Below are positions 57,533-64,000 of a DNA stretch of 64,000 nucleotides, piece after piece. The notes beneath the pieces are model-generated. The model had not been told where the DNA came from. It saw only the letters and a program-made list of their open reading frames with translations, and did not search any database. The first letter of the stretch is position 1. Each line of letters starts with the position of its first letter. This stretch comes from Chrysomallon squamiferum (lineage: Eukaryota > Animalia > Mollusca), in assembly GCA_012295275.1 (NCBI GenBank), contig CM022676.1, positions 4,712,001-4,776,000 of the forward strand, in the 5' to 3' direction. Position numbers and translations under genes: made by a program.

Positions 57533-60089
57533 GTATATTTATTTTCTCTCTAAATAACTACTGTCGAGGAAATAAGTGTGTGTTCTATTTCAAACAAGTG
57601 ATTTTTGTGTCACCTGCGGAAGCGAAAGTATTTAGATGACGTACTCAGCACTCATGTAACCATGTGCTTATAGTATTGGATATATATGTAGAATGTGACA
57701 GCTGCAGAACAAATTATTTATGTTTTGTATTTGTTAAGCTTCAGTTTAACGACTTACTTGAAGTTGTCATAACTAGGTCAACTTGTGAGTTGCTCGAGTC
57801 ATATTTTCGTTTTTTATAATGCTTTTTCCACCTTTATTATAAACATTTTCGTTTTACGCACATATATATGTATCATTGTATGTATGTACATATCTTATAT
57901 ATATATTATTTTGTATTCCATTAATTCTTGTACGTTCTAAATATTCAGTATACTGTGTATAATTTTGATATAATCATATATCCTTCAGTCTTCACTATAC
58001 GTCTATTGGTATTGGTTTTCACAGCATTTGGTATTTCTATCACATAATTACGCTAGTTGTAATAATTTTTCATTGATATTTTGTTCACTGATTATTTATT
58101 CATCTGTCTCTTAAAAATGCATAATATAATATATAGTTTATATAATACATTGTTTATTAACATTCAGATGTCAAAATGTTTCATTTTTCCCACCCATTGG
58201 TTAATTAATTACCTGTCTAGAAATTTATTCAGTTAATGTTACATAGTTCTAACAATTCAGACTCTAAATCCATCCATAAAATCATTAGTGAAAAAAAAAG
58301 ATTCACTATACGGGCCAGGTTTGAAAATTTTCAAATTCCAGAACCGTAACTCTTACTCTTAATCTTCCATTACTAATCTGAACAGTGGCACCCACATGTA
58401 ACACTGTCAGAAAGTATGATGAAAGTAAAAGTTGAATTTCTAACAAGAGAACATAGGATAATGATAAAAACTCTGTTTTTGTTACAGAACACAAGAGTAA
58501 TACTAAAAGCTATATATTCATATCATTCAAATACTTACAACTACAATGCATAATACACAACACTAATCACAATATTAAATTTAACCTCAAAAATGATTTG
58601 ACAACTTCCATCACGGTATAAAATTTAATCTTGGGATTCTTAAATAATATTTTGACTTGTGTCACTGAAAAAATAATAACTTAAGAACCATAGCTCCAAA
58701 ATTAACATTACCAAATTGCACAGAAACTGGACAGTTCCATAAATAGATTTGGATATAGGCATGTCAACTGATTTGATTTGAATCTTGGGAAATAATAATT
58801 TATTGAACTGGTACACATTTGTTCATAGAAAATCCATTTTTTAAATTATTTTAAAATATCATGATCTAATCATTAAAGTAAATATTACATATTCTTAACA
58901 GAACTAAAAAAAAAAAAAAAAAAAATGTATATTTATTTAAGAATTAGCATAATCTGCAGTTGAAATTTTATACTCAAACATGCATGCATATATGTACACA
59001 CTTAATTACATGTTTCATTTCTAATTTTATTTCATTTTTTTTTTTTACTTGTTTTTCTTTTACGTCATTTCTGCTTTTATGCAGGTCATTACTTCATTTC
59101 AGTAATAGTTTCTTTTTAACAAGGTGTGGTTTCCATAGCATCATAAAACTAGTTGTGTAATATATGTTAATAAGCAGACATTCAGTTTTGTTATTTGTGA
59201 CTTTATTTTTATTTTTTTATTTATTTTTCTGTTATTTAATCGTGGATACTTACTTAACATTTTAAAATAAAAATATATATATATTCTTTCTGTAAATGTT
59301 TTATATATATATATATCTCTCTCTTTTCTATATATGTACATTTTTTTTTTGTATTATTATTTTTTGTTTTATTTTCCTTTTTTGAATTTTTTTTCATTTA
59401 AATGTTTTTATTTTTTTTATTTATTTTTTTTTTTAATCAATTATTTTAATTACATTTTATTTATTTTATTTTTTTATTTTTTTTTATTTTATTTATTTTT
59501 TTTAATTTTTTTTTTTTATATATATATATATTTATATTTATTTTTATTAATTTTTTAATTCAATTTTATTTTGTTTTATAGCCACAAGAGTGAATCACCT
59601 GAACAAGATGAATCAGATCACCTGGGTGTTCAGGGTTGTCCAGATGGTAAGTAATATTTAACATCATCAAAAAATAAAACTATCAAAAAATATCCAACAT
59701 TTTTCCTAAAATCAGATTTAAGGATGCATTATTTATTATTATTATTATTCCAAAATGAAATAATTCATCTTTTAAGTAAAATAATAACTAAAAATGAAAG
59801 CTTCAAAATTTGACCTTGTTTAACAAGATAAATACATTCTACCACTACTAATAGGTTTTTTTTTTTTTTTAATAGAGATAGTACAATTTCATAATGACTG
59901 GTTACCATTTGTAATTCACTGAATTAATTATGATAAATAATCCTTGAGTAACAGTCAACTGGTAACAAAATGGCGGCAGTTGCCAAACAAAAATCACACA
60001 TATTTAATCAGCTTAGATTTGATTTAAATCTGTAAATAAAATATTAGGGTTTGTTTTATTTTGCTTTTTCTTTTTCTTTCTTTTTAATA

Positions 60090-60130
<41 letters not shown>

Positions 60131-60381
60131 TAAAAAGATTACTTTGCTAGTTTGATTTACAGATGAGAATATTTTATTTGGTTTTGCTTTTGAGTTGATT
60201 GTATATATTAAAACTTGAACTTTGTTTTGAACTCAAAGAATCTCCAGAAGAACAAGCTGTGGCAATTGCCAGCGTTGCCCCAAATCAAGCAACCTTGGCC
60301 CTTGACCCTTCAGCAGTCCAGTATCAACTAGGACAAGGTATGCATAATTATTATTATTATTATTACTGATGTTGTTGTTGT

Positions 60382-60415
<34 letters not shown>

Positions 60416-61078
60416 TTGCTGTTATGTTGTTCTTGTTTCTGCTGATGTTATATTATTAAGTTGATTTTCCTAATTAACAATATGTTCTACTTTTACTGTT
60501 ACATCAGTTTTCTTAAGTATAAGCATTTTACATTTTCTATATTTGTTTTCATGTAATTAAGGAACATAACAAAATAAACAAAATTTTCTAATGATATTTA
60601 TTTTTAGAAGTATAGTTGATATTTTTTTTAGTGTTGCTGTTATTAATTAAGTTAATTTTTCTTACTATAAATATTACATTTTTCTATAGTTAATAATTAA
60701 ATTTTCTAAATAAAAATGAATGATATTTATTTTTAGCAATAGAGGTAAAAAAAAAAAAAAATTAGTGTTGCTGTTTTCCTTACTTACATTTTTATATATT
60801 TAACAATAGGATATGGAATGATTTATTTTCAGTGTTGCTGTTATAATTTTATATTTTCTAATTAAAAACGAGAGATGTTTATTTTTAGCAGGACCGGTGA
60901 CGTATCGCGTAGTTCAGGTATCACAAGATGGGCAGGAAGCAACAGCACAGGTGGTCACATCGTCACAGTTTGTAGCAGGGCAACAGGTAGGCATCGTCAT
61001 GGATTCCAGAACATATTAAAATGGGCAGGGTATTAAATACCAGAAATGTTTGTCCCATTATACTATCGTTATATATGT

Positions 61079-61109
<31 letters not shown>

Positions 61110-62512
61110 CGAAAAATAATTTAACTGTAAATTTAAGTAAATATGTAATCTATCTCTCTACCAGTAGAGATAGATATGTGTGTGTGTGTGTGTATATGTA
61201 AATATTTATTATTTGCTGTTATTGTGTCAGTTATTAAAATACAAAATGACATTGAACTTCAAAAAACAACAAAAAAAATTATTATTATTATCAATTTATT
61301 AAAACTGGGTGAGATTTTTATTTTTATTTTTAATTTTGTTTAATAATTTTTTTTTTTTATAATTCATAATTTGATTTTATTTTTAAATTTTATTTTCTTT
61401 TCTTTCTTTCTTTCTTTCTTTCTTTCTTTATTTATTTGTTTATTTATTTTCCTTCTAACAGGCCATTATCCAGAGTTCTTTCAGTAATGGCGGGAGTCCA
61501 ACACCAGATCAAACAGACAGTCGATTCACTTATTTTCCTCAAGTGGCAACTGCTGGTGACAACGTCACCACAACTGAGGCTGTCAATGTAGCTGCTGCAC
61601 TGGGTTCAGCCACAGGAGGTGAGTGGGTGTAGTTGTATAAATATTTTATTCTTACATTTATTTTGTTTGTTTGTTTGTTTGTTGTTGTTGTTGTTATTAT
61701 AAACTATTTTAGTTGATATTTTCATCATCTTTATCATAACTCCTGTTATTACTAATTTTGTTATTTCATTATTATTAAGTATGAAGAAAGTTAATAAAAT
61801 ATTAATTTATTTAAAGTGTGGTGATCCAGACAGATTAATCTGTGTTATTTATATATTTTTCAAAACATTAGTTAATAATAATTTTATTCATTTAATTTCT
61901 TCTAATTTATTTTATTTTAATTTTTATTTTATTTTTTTACTTTATATTTCTTATTATTTTTTTTTTTTCTTCTATTTTTTTTTATTAACATTTTATTTCA
62001 TCTAATTATTATTATTTTATTTCTTCTAATTTATGGGTTTTTTAATTATTTTATTTAAAAAAAAAAAGTTTTAGTTATTTTATTTATTCTGTGTTCTTTT
62101 TTTTGTAATCATTATTTTATTTCTTCAATTATTTATTTATTATTATTATTATTTAATTTAATTTAATTTAATTTAATTTAATTTAATTTTATTTATTTTA
62201 ATTTAATTTTCTAATTTTATTTATTTAACTCACTTATTCACTTATATCAGGTCAGTTCTATGTGATGATGTCACCACAGGATGTTTTACAAGGACAGAGA
62301 AGCATAGCACCAAGAACATCTTACTCACCTAAAATAGAGGGAAGATCTACCAGGGACGACAGGAGACGTGCCACACACAATGAAGGTACATTTTTAAAAA
62401 ACATTATCTTACACAGTGTAGAGTCCTCACAACAAATAAAATAATAATTATGGTTATGAATTTATTAATAATAAATTTATCTTTGGTGTTCAGATCTTTT
62501 TATAGAATGTAG

Positions 62513-62557
<45 letters not shown>

Positions 62558-63324
62558 TCTGGTTATAAGTGTAATAAAAAAATCTGGCTTTGGTATTCAA
62601 ATCCTTTTGGTAGAATGTTGTATTCTGATTGTAATAAACAAATAAATGTATTTTTTAAAATAATAATAATAAAAATATATTTTGTCTGTCTTATTGTCAG
62701 TATTATTGTGTATCTGAATTACAGTAGGATTATGTAAGCCAGAACTCCATGACCCCAGTAAATAAAATATATTTTTTTCTCGGCTGTGATGTCTTTCTGG
62801 AAATGTATATAAAAAAAAAACATTCCTTTTTAGCTATGTTAATAAAACATTTATGTGAAAAAGCAATAATGATTGCAGTTTCTAGATTTACCATTAAACA
62901 AAACTTAAATAAAAATTCTATCTTCAGTTCCTAAACGCTGTTGATACTAAAACATACTGAGTGGGTCTCTCGAGTAAATAATCATTCATCAATTTATGAA
63001 ATATCTGACCACAAAAAAACATTACATTTCAGTTGAAAGACGAAGGAGAGACAAAATAAATACTTGGATTGTGCAGCTGTCTAAGTTGGTGCCTGACATT
63101 AGTATAGAGAGCACCAAATCTGGACAGATTCCTGCCAGTGTATGTTTGAAATTATCTTTACCTTTCTTTGACTGTATAGTATTTTTTTTTTTTTTTTTTG
63201 TGGATTGTTTTTTTCAGTTGAGAGACGGAGGAGGGACAAAATCAACACGTGGATTGTGCAGTTGTCGAAGCTGGTGCCGGATTGTGCACAGGAGTGTACA
63301 AAGTCTGGACAGGTGGCAGCCAGC
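57501..63324 (+). CDS. USF: Upstream stimulatory factor (USF1/2-like bHLH-ZIP), 5' part; helix 2 and zipper exons lie beyond the window
   Basis: Hand-spliced exons give MDMLDQTLDS (compare USF2 MDMLD), EEQAVAIASV, VTYRVVQV, IQSSFSNGGSP, RFTYFP, the USF-specific region GQFYVMMSPQDVLQG.RSIAPRT, and the basic region RDDRRRATHNEVERRRRDKIN.WIVQLSK. Confidence 0.94.
59582..59646 (+). CDS. USF: USF exon 2 (HKSESPEQDESDHLGVQGCPD)
   Basis: ttttatag acceptor, G|GTAAGT donor, 65 nt. Confidence 0.82.
60239..60337 (+). CDS. USF: USF exon 3 (ESPEEQAVAIASV...VQYQLGQ)
   Basis: Two in-frame acceptors (exon start 60239 or 60248); G|GTATGC donor. Confidence 0.8.
60889..60986 (+). CDS. USF: USF exon 4 (GPVTYRVVQV...FVAGQQ)
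   Basis: NAGNAG acceptor (tagcag), CAG|GTAGGC donor. Confidence 0.88.
61462..61618 (+). CDS. USF: USF exon 5 (AIIQSSFSNGGSP...RFTYFP...)
   Basis: ctaacag acceptor, G|GTGAGT donor, 157 nt. Confidence 0.9.
62251..62385 (+). CDS. USF: USF exon 6 (USF-specific region and start of the basic region)
   Basis: atcag acceptor, G|GTACAT donor, 135 nt, ends in phase 1. Confidence 0.93.
63033..63139 (+). CDS. USF: USF exon 7a (VERRRRDKINTWIVQLSKLVPDISIESTKSGQIPAS), putative mutually exclusive exon
   Basis: tttcag acceptor, AGT|GTATGT donor, 107 nt, phase 1 in and phase 0 out. Confidence 0.85.
63218..63324 (+). CDS. USF: USF exon 7b (VERRRRDKINTWIVQLSKLVPDCAQECTKSGQVAAS), putative mutually exclusive exon
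   Basis: Long U-tract and ttttcag acceptor, AGC|GTATGT donor, 107 nt, same phases as 7a. Confidence 0.87.
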
Positions 63325-63346
63325 GTATGTCTTAGTTTCACGTTTT

Positions 63347-63840
63347 GTTACAGTCTGAATTTTACCAGCCTCTTAACAGTCTGAATTTTACCAGCCTGTT
63401 AACAGGTCTGAGTTTTATAAGCCTGTTACAGTCTGAACTTTACAGGCCTCTTACAGTCTGAATTTTACCAGCCTCTTAACAGTCTGAATTTTACCAGCCT
63501 GTTAACAGGTCTGAGTTTTAAAAGCCTGTTACAGTCTTTACTTTACAGGCCTTTGTCTGAATTTTACCGCCTGTTACATTCTGGATTTTATGAGCATATT
63601 TTTTGTTTTTACCAGTTTGTAATAGTTTTGTGCCTGTTTAAGTCTGAATTTTACCAGTTTGTTACTTTCACATCTGAATTTTACCAGTCTCTCATAGTTT
63701 CATGTTTTTTTACAGTCTGAATTTTATCATCATATTTTTAATTTTCACATTTCTGAAATTTACCAGCAAGCCACAATTTTATCTTTGTCATTTTACTTTA
63801 CAAGTCTGTCATAATTTCATGTTTGTCTGAGTTTTACCAG
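63347..63840. repeat. 26-28 bp minisatellite directly downstream of USF exon 7b, degenerating to the right
   Basis: ACAGTCTGAATTTTACCAGCCTGTTA-like units. A higher-order block of about 105 nt is repeated near 63350 and 63453. Confidence 0.85.
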
Positions 63841-64000
63841 AATGTGAAAACTGCACATTTGTCATAGATTGAAGTTTATCAGATTTATGTTTTATCATTT
63901 CAAAAGCATGTCATAGTTTCATATTTCTCATTTCATTTGTCAAATGGATTATTTTTTTACTTCTTAAATTATGTTTTGAGTTTAATTATAATCAGGTTTA

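Noticed and set aside
62996-63358. Single 120-aa ORF reading through both USF twin exons
   Set aside because: It reads through the U-rich intron and enters 7b out of frame. The splice signals explain the structure better.

Overview
AT-rich, microsatellite-dense animal genomic DNA. The gene content and SINE remnants suggest a lophotrochozoan, probably a mollusc (inference). Three protein-coding genes are supportable. (1) A sex-peptide/myoinhibitory-peptide (allatostatin-B) receptor-type GPCR with one coding exon (+, 23228-24451). (2) A 14-exon SRP receptor alpha gene (SRPRA, -, CDS 56347 to 45119, about 642 aa) carrying an apparent 1-nt frameshift in a G-run of exon 11. (3) Head-to-head with it, an upstream stimulatory factor (USF) bHLH-ZIP gene (+, from 57501, running off the right end). 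The most striking observation is in USF: the basic/helix1/loop exon occurs as two tandem 107-nt copies (63033-63139 and 63218-63324), 78 nt apart. Their basic/helix-1 codons are identical in protein with 11 synonymous differences, while the loops differ (no Cys versus CxxxC). This is the signature of mutually exclusive exons and could switch USF between redox-insensitive and redox-sensitive forms. The rest is simple repeats, minisatellites, decayed tRNA-derived SINEs and candidate regulatory sites, with a visible CpG-rich to CpG-poor transition near 41 kb. Nearly all other ORFs in the track are microsatellite artefacts. All coordinates were read by hand.
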